Below are positions 1 through 13,569 of a stretch of DNA of 64,000 nt, one piece after another. Both the position numbers and the translations under genes were made by a program. Origin of the DNA: Ostreococcus lucimarinus (taxonomy: Eukaryota). The notes beneath the pieces were generated by a model. It searched no databases and was not told the origin of the DNA. It saw only the letters and a program-made list of their open reading frames with translations. The stretch lies in assembly GCA_000092065.1 (NCBI GenBank), contig CP000596.1; one strand, given 5' to 3'. Within the stretch, counting starts at the first letter, position 1; each line of letters begins with the position of its first letter.

Positions 1-270
1 CGTGGCGCGCGCGCGATTATGAAAACGAGGGGGCTGGCGTTCTCATTCGGTACGACGTGCGCGAGTACGCGTTTGCCGACGCCGCGCGACGCGGTCGCAC
101 CTCGCGCGTTCGCCGTCGTCCGAGCGACCCGACCGTGCGCGAAGGACGCGAATACGTCAACGCTCTTGAAAGCGTCGCGTGGGAAGCGCGCGCGCGCGCT
201 TTTCCCGTGGAATAATTGGAACACTGTACAGTAACATTACACAATATGTACATTTACGTAACACATTACG

Positions 271-1032
271 CTAATCAGAGTCTGAATTATCGCTCGCGGT
301 GAGTAAAAGATCCTTCGCGGCGTTGATCTCTTGCATCTTTTCTTTACCAGCCGGCCCGACCTTGTCCGTGTGATGCAGCTTCGCCTGTTTGTAAAAAGCT
401 TTCGTGATCTCCCTTTTCGTCGCACCTTCTGTCACCCCCAACGTCTCGCGCGCCGACTGCATCGCGTCGTCGTTATCATCTGCGGCCGGCGTGGTTTTGA
501 TGATTTGACGCTCGTTCTCCGCTTCCTTGTTCCGTTGCGCTCTTCGCTTTCGTCGACGACGGCGAAGGATATAATCCTCCGTCGCGGCGTCTTGGTTGTT
601 GTCCATCCCTCCAAACTCTGCCAGCGACGATCCCACTTCGACCTCCGGGGTTTCCGGTCCTCCCGCGTCGGCGTTGAGTTTAACGTGTCGATTAATCTCG
701 TCGCCGACCCAATTCGCCTCGCGAGAGTCTCTCGCGCGCCCCGGTCTCGCCGACGCGCCGTGTTGCATGCTCAATTGCTGCCCTCCCGCGATTTTTCGGT
801 TGTAGTACACGCTCAGCGCGCGCCGACCGACGCCGCGGTCGATGACGCGGTCATCGTTCGCGCTCGCGACGGGCGCATCGCGCGCGCGCGGCGTCGCGAG
901 CGCCAACGCGCCCCCCGTCGCCAACACCATGATCGTCAACACCCAACGCGCGCGCGCGAACGCGCGGTGACGCGGGCGATCTCGCGAGGCGTCGACCTCG
1001 CGCGCGGGCGCGGTGATCTCGATGTCGGACAT
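271..1032 (-). CDS. Membrane J-domain protein (TIM14/PAM18/DNAJC19-like) with the HPD motif replaced by HTD
   Basis: The 253-aa ORF starts at a real ATG (cat at 1030-1032 on the + strand). It has an N-terminal TM helix (WVLTIMVLATGGALALA). The C-terminal J-domain-like block (ITKAFYKQAKLHHTDKVGPAGKEKMQEINAAKDLL) aligns with PAM18 (...ANHPDKGGSP...INEAKDFLE). The overlapping +strand ORF 331-1152 is Arg-rich and was rejected. Confidence 0.5.
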   Translation of the reverse strand: MSDIEITAPAREVDASRDRPRHRAFARARWVLTIMVLATGGALALATPRARDAPVASANDDRVIDRGVGRRALSVYYNRKIAGGQQLSMQHGASARPGRARDSREANWVGDEINRHVKLNADAGGPETPEVEVGSSLAEFGGMDNNQDAATEDYILRRRRRKRRAQRNKEAENERQIIKTTPAADDNDDAMQSARETLGVTEGATKREITKAFYKQAKLHHTDKVGPAGKEKMQEINAAKDLLLTASDNSDSD

Positions 1033-1253
1033 CGTCGACGAACGCGCGCCGCGCCGACGGCGAGTGCGGGCTCTTACTTGATCGAGTCTCAGGTCGGTCG
1101 AGGAGGCCTAAACCCGCCGCAGTCGGCGAGACGCGAGCGCGCTCACTGTTAATGTTCAATAAAGATGTTGCATTAAAGATGTCGCACTGTAAGTTGTACT
1201 GTAGAGTTGAAATAGTTAAAATGACGGTGTTTTGGATTTTACGTCCAAGTCAA

Positions 1254-4200
1254 TCAGATGACGGAGCTGTAGCCGTCGACTTGGCGTGACGTCGTCGCGA
1301 CGAGCGACGTACGTTCGGACATTTCGGCGTCGGCTGGACGCGCGCGCGCGCGGAACGCGAACGCGAACAGCGCGACGCACAGCGTGAACGCGAAGGGAGT
1401 GTAAAAAATTGCGACCTTTTGACTGCCGTCGATGTCATCTTGAGGGCTCGATGATGCGAGAGATGATTTTTGTCGTGGAGAAGATCCCGACGACCCTAGT
1501 TGTGGCGTTTCGGCGGTGCTCGCGCCGACGCGCACAGGTGCGACGAATTCAAACTCAGCCGCTGGGTTGCCTGCGACGTCGGTCACTTCCGTAACAGTCA
1601 CTTTGTGATAGCCTTGTGAAAAGTATGGAAACTTCATCAACCAGTGACCACCAGCGCCATCGTTAACGCATTGAAGGACGTACTGTCTCAAGTCTTCGTT
1701 GGAAACGGCTTCGAAGGGACCCGTCGACGAGTTGCCTCGCTTGGCCGTGATCACTTGCTTCGTGCAATCAATGTCTTCCATGAAATCGACGCGTTGCGTT
1801 ACCTGTGAGCTCACATATTTGAAATCACCGACGAGCGGGTCCTTCGTATCTATCTTCACCATGAGATTTTGATCGCTCACAAATTCGTGCACTGACGGCT
1901 TTGCGAGGTGAGATCCGCCCACGCACATTGTTTTCAATCGGATATCATATTTCCCATCTTTATATCCACTCAGAAGTTTGTTGTAAGGGTCGTTTAGATC
2001 CCAGTCAAAGATGCAACCGTCTCCACCCCGCGACTCCGGGCAAAGTAAATTGAAATTCTTATTCGTGCCGGCACCGCGCTCGGCGTCTTTCGCTGTGATC
2101 CATTCGCCTCCTGATACCGAACGATATTGCACGTAGACGTAGGCGAGATTCCCATTCGTCACCAACGCTTCGGACGTGGATGCAGTTTCCTTGGGCCAGA
2201 GAGAATATCTATTCGGATTTACGACCGAGATGCTCAAAACGCTCGAATCAGACGCTGCGCTCTTCTCAAAGTAACTTGCTTCCTTGCTGAGCGTAGACGA
2301 GTGAAAAGCAACTTGAGGGCAATCTTTACTCCACGACATGGCACCGAGTGTAACACTGCTCGAGATGATCGGGCGATACATGTATTCTTCAATCATCGAC
2401 TCACACAAGCTCACCAAGGAAATCCCCAGGTACGAGCTTTCATACACTCCGTCGCTTGGCTCCACGCTCAGAAGCACGCGACTCTCGCGCACAACGCTTT
2501 GCGAATCCATACGCTCTCCAGCCAATCTTCGTAGAGGTAGGACTTCACCGAATGACCACATTTGAATACCATTGATCGAGAACTTCATTCCCTGTAGGAG
2601 TGTTCCTTGTGCTGTAGTGGTTTGCGTGAGACGAGCGATTGCGTTTGCCAACAATCTCCCTGCTCTGACGCTCATTGACTGTTCGTATGACGCTACGATG
2701 TCTTCAATCCGCGCCTTCAGGTCTTGAATGTCATCAGACTCTGACGCAAAGCATTCGTGGCTATCCGCCATGGCGTATGCTGCATTCTTTACGAACGTTG
2801 CGTTGTCCTCGTTCAACTGTGCCGCGTTATGAGCAGCCGCGATGATTTTTCCAACGCAGTCGGCGACTCCATCTACCAAACGAAGGCCCATGTTGGCCAC
2901 TTCCTTGTAGGGCGACTCATTGCTGATGAGAAGTTGGATCAAAGCGTGCTCTCCTGGGTTCAGATTCGTGTTATGCGTCGACTCCTTACCTATGGTAACG
3001 CCAGCTTCTCGGAACATCGTCCATTTTTCTCCCGGACATTGACTTCTGCCGCCCATCGTGATGAACACTGGAGATCCGAAACGTTTGTCGGAACTGACCT
3101 GGAGCACAAACTTATCCCCAAAATCTGGGTCACCTAATGAGTACATCGTGCTCATGTGTTCATACTTTGCCCAGGCAAAGGCACGACTTTTTGAAACTGA
3201 CTTGCTCATATCCGTGGTAGCACCTACATGCCCCTTGACGATGGCGATTGAACCCGCGAAGGAGTATCCGTTTTCAGCTGAGCCGTCCAGGCTGAGCGTC
3301 CATGCGTAATCTTGACCGTCGACGTTTTCGTTGGAAGAAAATATGTACTCTGTCGAAGCACCACCGCCGCTAAACGATAGTAAAATTGCTTCATCAGCGG
3401 GTCCATTCGAATCTGTGGTGGAGTAGCCGCGGGGACCCATACGCCCTGTAAACGACGCATCGACTCGTTTCGTATCGTTCATGTAAATGGATGCATCCTC
3501 TCCGAGCGTAAGATCGCTAAGATCGCTCGATTGAAGTAGTTGTGACGACACGTCTAGAGCCTGCGTTTTGCATTTTTCTGTGATGCAGGATGAAACCGTG
3601 TTGTTCAGATCTTCACGAGTGGGGCTATTCATCCCCATTGTCGTGACGAGCTCATCCGCTTCTTGAAATTGCTCGAGGAACTTCGGCTTCATCCTTTCAC
3701 TCTTTCGTGACCAGAAAACCTTGCCGACGTCTGGGGTGGCGTCGTTATCGTCGTCGTCACCGCGGAACCCAAGGTTTCCACTCAACAAGTCTGAAAATAA
3801 AGTCCCGGGATTGCTAACGTAGCCACTGATGAGCTGGGACAATCGAGATTCATCCGTCTCATCCGAGAGAATGAAGTCGTTAAGTGTGTCTATAGTACCA
3901 TCCGCGTCGCCCAAGTCCCCTGGAACGCCATGTATGTATGGACTAACTCTGTCGATTCTCTTCCAAGCAAGCTTCAACTCGTCTATTGGGGTAGAAATCG
4001 GACCGCTCGCGTCACTTATGAACGATGTTTCCATTTTCTCGGCTTCCATACCGAACGCGGATTGTTCATCCATAAAAGGAACCATGATGCGCTCCATTGC
4101 GCCGTAGTTTTTACCGTACAACACGGGAGCGCCTTCCGCAGTCGGCTCCATAGGAACCTTGTACACTGTTGGCGAAGCCCACAAAAGTGTGCGTTGCCAC

Positions 4201-7200
4201 ACGTTAATTTTGTCAGCGATGTACTGTGGCCAATTAGGCGCTTCCATTTTAGAATCATCCCCGACGATGAGGCCGCTTTCCACGACGGAAAGCAAATACC
4301 GCAAGTTTGGAATCACTTTCGCTTCAATCGAGTGTACCGTGAATATGTAGGACGTGGGTTTCCTCGGCATCCATGTGATCGCCGTCGATATCCGCAAGCA
4401 CGGTTTATCGTCTTCCCTTAGCGCAAGATCGAGCGTATCGGCTAGCCTGTAGACAAGTTCAACGCCGCCACCTAGAATCGCATCGCCCTGTCGTCCCGGG
4501 ATGGCGACGTCGGTACTTGTCCGTATGACACGATTTATCGTAGCCGTGAGATCCCAACCGACGGCGGAACTCTGAGCGACCGAAAATTCTGGTCCAGACT
4601 CCTCATGGTATGCGTCAAAATCTATCTTAAAGAGAGGCATTCCGAGCTGGAATAAAACCTCCATGCCATACCCAGCGCCGAACCCAGGTTTCGCCTCCAC
4701 TTCGAGTTCTACGCCGCCACCGCCTTCGTGTGAACTCGACACAGACGCCGCTTGTTCGTCTGAAAGCTCCACGGACATGGTCACTTCCGTGCCCATAAGA
4801 AGTTCGGCGTAAGAGTTGCCACCGGGCGGATCATGTACCGTCATGTACACCAAACCTTCGAGTGGAACAGTTGCCCAATACACGTCATCGCTTTCTTCGC
4901 CGTAGATCCCTTCGCCTCGCGGTTTCGAGCCAAGAGAGATGAGCTCTCGTTTCAACGGAACTGTCACTGTCATCGAACCATCAAATCTACCCACAGTCAG
5001 TTCGACAGATCTGCGGTAATTTCCTGAGAGCTTAGGATCTCCCGCGACAATGAGTCGATCCGTCGTCTTCTCGCCCTCATCCGTGGGGAATAAAAGTTTG
5101 TCGCTCTCCGGATCGATCTCAACGTCAAAGTCGCACAATGGTCCTCCATTGCGATCGGTATGACATGGATTTTCGGCTATATCGGTGACGCTTTGTCTGA
5201 ACATGGCCACCGTCATCCCGCCGCTCTCGGCGCTAGGCAGTGTCAAGCATTCATCGAGTGAACCATTCTCCACATGCAGTTCAAGTACTTTGGCGCTCAC
5301 AAGTTTCGGCCCCAAAGCGTAGAGCCCTTCTCCACCGAAATCATCAAAAAATGGCGATATCCCAACAAAGTGGTTGTGTCTAATGCCACCAGCTTTCACG
5401 CCATCAACGTCCCAGCAGTAATCGCCATCGTCGGTGATTACAGAAAGATCTACGAACTCTGCGCACAAATAACCGTGGTACTTGTATCTCGCCGAATACC
5501 AAGTGTGCTCAGTGCGTAATGGTACAAGCCTTTCGATCGTTGTTGGATGCTGGCGGAAGTATGGAATGATGCCGTCTACTCCGACATGACACAACGCGTT
5601 CGGATATTTCTCCTCGCGCATCGCCGTGAAATTCGCTGTGGATGGGGCCTCTTCGATCACTACCGAGTAATCCATCGCGGCGAGTGGCCACCGTCTTCCA
5701 TTCGGAACTTCTTGATATGTTGGTATAACGTCTGAGTTTTCCTTGTCGCGGTCAGGTAGAGTCCAGCCGGATACTTGAGCCGAAGTGAAGATGGCTGGTG
5801 GGTGACAGCCATTGATGGGGGTAATTTTGAAAGTCGCCCCTGTGTAAAGCTTTTCACACTCACCTTGATAGACACCCAAATCGACGTTTGCCGTCGTCGT
5901 GTCTGAGAAGAAAATGTACTTTTTCGATGATACGGCGTGGAGAGTAACTGTGGTCGGTTTACCGTCGCAGCTCCAAATTCTCGTAGCTTCCACGATGGTG
6001 GTTCCCGAATAGCAGATTTCGTGACCGGGATATTCCGCGGTTATCGTGTAGGTTTTCCCGTTTGTGACTGCGAATTCGAACCAGCCAGTCTCGTCTGTAG
6101 TGAATTGTCGCGGCGCACCAGCCTCGCTTTCATCTTTGACATAAATGCTTGCCTCAAAAAGTCCACACTCGGACAACTCGGTCCATTCTATTGGGAACAT
6201 GACGGCACCCAAAATGACCACTGTCGTATCGTCCTGCATTTTCTGCTCTACCTGATGATTATGGGTCAGCTCCAGGTTGATGACATCAATATCAGCCGTA
6301 TCCGAAAATACGGTATCACTTTCATATAGGTCACCATCGTCATCCGAAGTTCCAGCTTGCTTGACGACGTCATTGTTGTTGAATACATGCACGATTTCTG
6401 GCAGCTGCTGCGTGCTCCACAGCGCGACATCCAATCCAGGACGAGTGACGCGCGCGAACAGCGTCTGCGGATCATCTTGAACCACGTCGTGCAGTAGTGC
6501 GGCATCTAAGTCAACGAAAATCTTATTCGAGCCGGGAGATGTAGCAAGTAACGGTGTTGCATACACGGAGGTCTCATCGCCGACGACAATGGCATCGAAC
6601 TCGGCGTCTTCGAGAGGGCGACAGTGATCGATTTTTGACACAACATCACCCCCACTCTCTGCGCTGAGCTCATCATACCACTCGTTCCATCCCTCGGAAG
6701 AGTACGGAACGTGGGCTGATGTCGATCTTCGAACGATGAAATTTTCGCACGCTTTGCCAAACACTTGGCTACGCGCATCCTGGTGAGACTCGTCGGCGAT
6801 CGCAGCGCTAACACTCTGCACGGTGAACAAATCGAAGTCGTATGTAATTTTCCGCGGAGGGAATACGAGCACTGGCTCGACAAACAATGTCCGTTGAGCC
6901 AGACGATGCGCCACACTGAGGAATTCTTGTGCGTTCAGAAGTCCATCACCGTCCATATCCAACGACGAATTCCAAAGTTCTTCTGAAATTATCGCGTACC
7001 CATTGCTTGGAAAACTCGCACCTTTCTCGATGATGGCGGTCAACTCTGACTTATCGATGCCCCCGCTTCCATCTGTGTCTGTCTCGTCAAAATCGTGCAT
7101 CGGTGGTGGAGGCGATGGCGGTGGTGGCGATGGCGGCGGCGGCGATGGCGGCGGCGGCGATGGCGGCGGCGGCGACGGCGGCGGTGGCGACGGTGGCGGC

Positions 7201-10200
7201 GGCGGCGATGGCGGCGGCGGCGACGGCGGCGGCGGTGACGGTGGCGGCGACGGCGGCGGCGGCGATGGCGGCGGTGGTGATGCGATGCGCTCGACCCAGT
7301 GAACGTTTGTGAGAGAACCGGCCTTGACAGAGATATCCGCATGCAGCGGGTACTCGGGAGTCTGTTGACTGGTGTAAAAGCGAATTTCATTCTTGAAGTA
7401 CTCCACGGCTCCGGCGTCGTTGATGACGATTTGCAGCGAGTCGGACGAAGAGTAAGTCCCAGCCATCGTATACTCACGCTTGCCTTTCTCGTACACCTTG
7501 ATCTGTTTGGTATGCGTACAAAAAATCGCAAAATCAAGACTTTGATAATTCGTCGAATCCGTCGTCGACTGAGAGTTCAAACCGATCATCCTGTTGTTGT
7601 ATCCTCCGGCACAGACTGCGGAGATGCCACGCACAGAGTCAGAACCATTTCGAATAGCGCGCTGACTCACCGCACCGGCGTCCCAAGCGCCAGTCACTGC
7701 AGCCGTGCGCGTGACTTGGCCGCTTTCTGTGGATTCGACGCCGACTTGCGATACCCACGCGACATGATCGTCCGCCACCGCCTTTCCTGGCGGCGGCGGC
7801 GGCGGTGACGGTGGCGGCGGCGACGGCGGCGGCGGTGACGGTGGCGGCGGCGACGGCGGCGGCGGCGGCGACGGCGGTGGTGACGCGATGCGCTCGACCC
7901 AGTGAACGTTTGTGAGAGAACCGGCCTTGACAGAGATATCCGCATGCAGCGGGTACTCGGGAGTCTGTTGACTGGTGTAAAAGCGAATTTTATTCTTGAA
8001 GTACTCCACGGCTCCGGCGTCGTTGATGACGATTTGCAGCGAGTCGGACGAAGAGTAAGTCCCAGCCATCGTATACTTACGCTTGCCTTTCTCGTACACC
8101 TTGATCCGTTTGGTATACGTACAAAAAATCGCAAAATCAAGACTTTGATAATTCGTCGAATCCGTCGTCGACTGAGAGTTCAAACCGATCATCCTGTTGT
8201 TGTATCCTCCGGCACAGACTGCGGAGATGCCACGCACAGAGTCAGAACCATTTCGAATAGCGCGCTGACTCACCGCACCGGCGTCCCAAGCGCCAGTCAC
8301 TGCAGCCGTGCGCGTGACTTGGCCACTTTCTGTGGATTCGACGCCGACTTGCGATACCCACGCGACGCTACCAAGTATCTCGCCCGCCACCGCCTTTCCT
8401 GGCGGCGGCGGCGGCGGCGACGGCGACGGCGGCGGCGGTGACGGTGGCGGCGACGGCGGCGGCGGCGATGGCGGTGGTGGTGACGCCATGCGCTCGACCC
8501 ATTTAACATCGCTGAAGGAACCACGCATAATAAAAGCAACATCCGCGTGCAGCGGGTACTCGGGAGTCTGTTGACTGGTGTAAAAGCGAATTTCATTCTT
8601 GAAGTACTCCACGGCTCCGGCGTCGTTGATGACGACTTGCAGTGTATCGCTGTCCGTATACGCCACTGCAGCACCCTTAATTTTTTTACCACCTTCGTAC
8701 ACTTCAACTGCATCGGAGTGAAAATTGCATCTGATGCTGAAGTCCATTCGACTGGACACGGTCTCTGCCGCGGACTGCCGATTCAAGCCGATGAACTTGA
8801 GGCCGGACTCAGACCCACAACGAGCCGAGATTCCGCGCACTGAGTCCGTCAGGCCGTGGATCGACCGACGACTCACCGCACCGGCTGCGGAAAAATAATT
8901 CCACCAATTTGGAGATCGCCGCCAAACTTTTCGATTCGACGCTTTGGCTCTGCGAAGCGTCACCCAGACCACGTTGCCAACCGCCGCTTTTTCAGGCGGC
9001 GGCGGCGGCGGTGGCGACGGCGGCGGTGGCGACGGCGGCGGTGGTATGTACTGCGCAATGTTCCCCAGGAGGCGGCGCCCCCAGCGCTGCCTACCCAAGA
9101 GTGACGTCGTGGTTTCAGGAGATGACGAATCATCTTCCTTTAAGACCAATAAGACTTTACTGGGTACGTTCAGCGGGTCTGTCACGTCCGACGTTTGCAA
9201 GATGGGCTGCGTCGTCTTTTCAAAAACTTCCACTTTGTACGCCCCGATGTCAACGTGAGTTTTGATTGGCGTCATACCCGTGGAGTCTGTGATATGAACA
9301 ACAAACGATCCTTCCGAATCAGTGACCGCGCTGAAAGGGCATCGCGTCTCACCACCCAATACTCTTATTTCAGTCAAATTGACGTCTCGAACCGCCACGA
9401 CTGATACAAACTGCCCGTGCATCGCCTGCACAGTGTCGCCCCCGCCCCCCCCGCATGTAAACGTCAAACAGTCTGCGAATTCATCACTGACATCAGACGG
9501 ATCGTGGTTACATGCATATCCATAATTAGTCGTGTCTTCGGGATCGATTTCATGCACGTGCACTTTCATCGGTAAACTAAGCGTCGGACTCGCCTGTTGC
9601 CGAAATTCAAATCCCGTTACTTCAACTTTGCTCGATTCCGCACCAAACGAAATCTCGGGGAAAGTTATGTATTGATCTTGAGATGATATGAGGGTGGCGT
9701 TGAAACGTCTCCACGATTCCTCATGTATGGTGAATGATTCCGTACTGGCGTCAGTGGCGGATGTTCCGCGCAAGTCGATTGACACCGCGCGTTCACCACC
9801 CAAAGACTTCGCCCAAAACGACACCACGACAGAATCTCCAGTCAGGGCGCGCAAAGACTCGCCAGGAACGTGCACCGTGACTGAAACGCCTGCGTCCACC
9901 GATTTTACAACGTCCTCGAAACCAGGTGGAGGCGCAGTTGGGCTCGCGGTTAAAGGACTGATGGCGCTTGTCTGAACAAGCTCGAGGCGTTCGGTGAGAG
10001 TATTAAGAGTGAAATGAGCTCCGGTGAAGTAGAACGTACTTTCCGACCAAGCTGATACAGTAAATCCGACGAAAGCGGCGTCCTCTAACGTGTGCTTAAG
10101 CCTTATTTTCCTCCATTTATTCGGTTCAGCTGTAATGACGAGCGCGTCACCAACGGTCTGACGGCCTGCTGCTGTAGTTTGTTGTTCATACCCTAAAATC

Positions 10201-13162
10201 TGGAAAGTCATAATCGCCTCCTTCCCGACGGCGCGTACCCAGCATTCCAACAACACTGTATCACCAGCTTCGGCGTCTAGTCGATCAGTATTTTTCGCCC
10301 AGAGTTTCTCGTCTGCTCGCACGAGTCGGATGACATCATTCTCGTAACGAGGTGGATCAACGATCACGTCTGGATCATCGCCTGTATCGCCAGAATACCC
10401 CAGTCGGTCGGTGAGAGAACCCTCGGCAAGTTGGCGTGCCTTGATCGATTGCGGCTGTAGACATACTTGAACACTGCCTATTGACATCCAAAGACCAAGA
10501 TCGACGCGCGCGTAGCCACCCGTCGATACGACGACAGATTCACCGGTAGGTATGTGATTCCCATCGGTGAGCGTGTACGCTTGTTCATTCAAAGGGTTTG
10601 AGTATGCGTGCTTGAAAAGTGCGACATTGCTGGAAGATGATTCGACGTCGTCGCTCGGCCGTAAAGTTATCGTCGAATTCTCATTTTCATCCGCGTCTGG
10701 AGGCCTGGACCCTCGGTAATTTGCGACCTCCCCATCTATTACGATCGGGTCGTGAAAATTAGCGCATATTCGGACGTCGGGTACTGGAACAGCGGAATCA
10801 CCGGCGTACACGTAACCACCTACCTCTCCGTGCCAGGGCGTGATGAATTTGAAAGGGACAGAGTTTATACTTCCACCGGATGATGTTTTCGTCACCACCT
10901 TATACTTCCAAATCTGTCCTGGGATTGCCGCCGCCTCTCTGTCGGCGAAAAGCAACGGCGCGTACGATCGATGACAGTACGTGAGGCCACTGTCAATCAT
11001 CACCACTGACTCATAAGGTGCATCCGTCAGAGAATCCTGCATGCTTTGACGAAGAATCTCGAACCCAACGTCATTCCAGGCGGTATCACGGAAGCTGAAA
11101 GTGACTCCTACTGGATCCAGTTTTCCGTTGACGTCAATAGTAGAACCATCGTAGTACAATCCACCTCCACATTCAAACTTTGAGTAAGTTTCCTCGCGAG
11201 CGTCCGAAATGACGCCACTTAAACACACAATTCTTCGAGCTTTTGGTGCGGATGATTGACGAAGCACGCAGCGCTTGTAATGTCCACATCTTACGGTATC
11301 AATGAACATCACTTCGCGTATCACTCCGGTATACACTCGAACGTCGTCGAATTCAAAATCCACCGCGCCAAGCAGTGTAACGTCCGTCATTGACTCGAGC
11401 GCGCTCAGCGGCCAAGTTTCATCGCGCGTGTAAGTCGTATCATCGATTACTGTGGCCTTTGCGTCACTCGTTGGATCTACGTACAATGTCATGAAATTCA
11501 CCGAGTTTACGGCGAACGCGATGAGGTGCCACTCCCCGTCGCACGCAAAATCAAGTTTCACATCCTTTGAGGATGTGAAAGCGCTCGGAGGATCCACAGA
11601 CTCCTTGACCTGATGAGATGCCCGCAGTTCGACCATGCCGTCGCTCGTACGTATCTTGAGGTATACGTGGAGTCTGTGATCGTGAAGTCCCAACTGTCCT
11701 TGAAACTGAGCGACCGTCATGAGTGATTCGTCGTTGGAGGATTTGGGTTGCGAGCAACGACTTGGATCGATGCGCACCCATGTGCTCATCGCGATGTCGT
11801 GCCCAAGCGTATCTTCTTTATCAAGAGAGTATGAATAATCGTTCGTCCCAGGATCATCCACTGCTTGAAGGCAGCGAAATCCGTTGCCCCCCGAACATCC
11901 CGATATTGTGCGAGCGGATTTCGGCTGCAATCTCATCGGGACGGAAGACTGTCCGTCGACGATTGGCGCGACCGAATCAAGCGATCCGTCGTGTAAAGGG
12001 TCTTCATCAAACGTAAATGCTGCCACGAGAGAAGCGTGTTCGTCGAGAAAGTCACTCGTTGCTGGGCGAATGTCCGTGAAGGAGATGGGAAGTTGAAGCG
12101 TCGTGCCGCCGACTTCATACTCTTCAAAGCGCACATCGACGACGTCGTCGACTGTACCGTCGGCAACGTTGATCTGATTGAAGAGTATACCATCCACGTA
12201 TGCGCAGACGTAATCGCCGTTCGTTGGCTTAGGACTGTACGACCATGCAGTGGTGAGCCCGTTGAGGCCACTCACACAGCGATTCTCCGTTTGCCAGTCG
12301 AGAGTCGGATAGGTGATGCTATCGATACTGAAACTGTTCGACGGAGCTCCGCTGCACTTGACGGGTCGAACGGGGATTTCCATCACGTCGACAATAGACA
12401 CTGCCAGATCTGTGTCGTGCGCGGCGCGAAATTGGTCATTCCAAACGTTGAGAATGTACCTCGAAACGCTTTGTTCCACCAACATGGCCTGAAGTTCATT
12501 CAGTCGCAGCAGTCCGTCGCTGGGATCGACGTCGTGCCTACGAAAGATGCTTTCCTTTGTCTTGTAAATTTCGCCATCATCGCACAGCACGTTGTTGAAT
12601 TGATCGTTACTCAGCAATATGTACCGGACCAGTTCTTCAAGCCCCGAATTCTGATTCGCGCTCGCTTGGCCGGCGGCGTTGAATCCGAGAGGCAGGTGCA
12701 AATCGCAACCCTTGATAACTTCGAAAGAGTGTTGACCAACGGTTTCCGAACCTGGAACGATGCCATCGACCGTAACAAAGTGACAGTTATAAGTTATGGT
12801 GTGAGATCCAACCGAGTGCGTCCCATCCAACTCTGTGAGCGCGAGCGCCTTCGGGAAAAAATCATTCCATTTGCGACACGGTAAGTTATCCGCGTAATCC
12901 GACTCGGAACACGACTGATCGTCTCGTTTCACGCGAACATCGCATCGGAGACCAAGCGCGTGATTGCTCACGCTCTCTTCATTCACATTCAGTAAACAAT
13001 CGCTCGCTTCAGCGCACGCGGGATGATGCACCGCGACTTGGAAATCGTACGAGTACGCCGCAACCCTCTCCGTGGTGGAACCAAATCTCACTTCAATCGC
13101 AGCACCGGCACCAGGCGGCGGCGGTGGACTCGGCGGCGGCGGGCTCGGCGGCGGGCTCGGCG

Positions 13163-13202
<40 letters not shown>

Positions 13203-13569
13203 CGGACTCGGCGGCGGCGGCGGGCTCGGCGGCGGCGAACAATTCGCTATACCCTCGCAATTCTCCGTTCGTGTTTGTCCCTCATACGCTCCACAACTTC
13301 GTCCACCGTTTCGCGGCTTGACGGTGATCGTGAACGTCTGCGAGTACGTCGCCGGTCCGCAAAAAGCCGTGCAACTCCCTTGCCAAAAGCCTACACAATC
13401 CGTTTTCGGCGGCGACGGCGACGACCCCCCGTGGACCCCTCGCAGCGACGACAGCGCGCTCGCGACGACCAACCCGCGCATCATCGTTCGCGTCGCGTCC
13501 CATCGACGTCCGGCGCCATCGCGCGTCGTCGACCGCGACGGCGCGCGTCGTTCGCGAAGCTGACGCGGC

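Noticed and set aside
1-253. Short ORFs at the window start (19-234 +, open to position 1; 17-253 -)
   Set aside because: These could be the 3' terminal coding piece of a gene that lies mostly outside the window. I see no recognisable homology, and the sequence is followed by an AT-rich UTR-like stretch. There is not enough evidence to call a feature.
7291-8496. 603-bp direct repeats as a possible mobile element or LTR
   Set aside because: The copies are strictly in frame and duplicate a protein domain plus its linker. There are no terminal inverted repeats, target-site duplications or transposase/RT ORFs. This is internal gene duplication.
7100-9050. CRISPR-like regular spacing of G-rich 15-nt repeats (GGCGGCGGCGGCGAY)
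   Set aside because: The tracts lie in frame inside a continuous eukaryotic ORF, where they encode SPPPP spacers. They have no unique spacers and there are no cas genes, so this is a coding microsatellite, not a CRISPR array.
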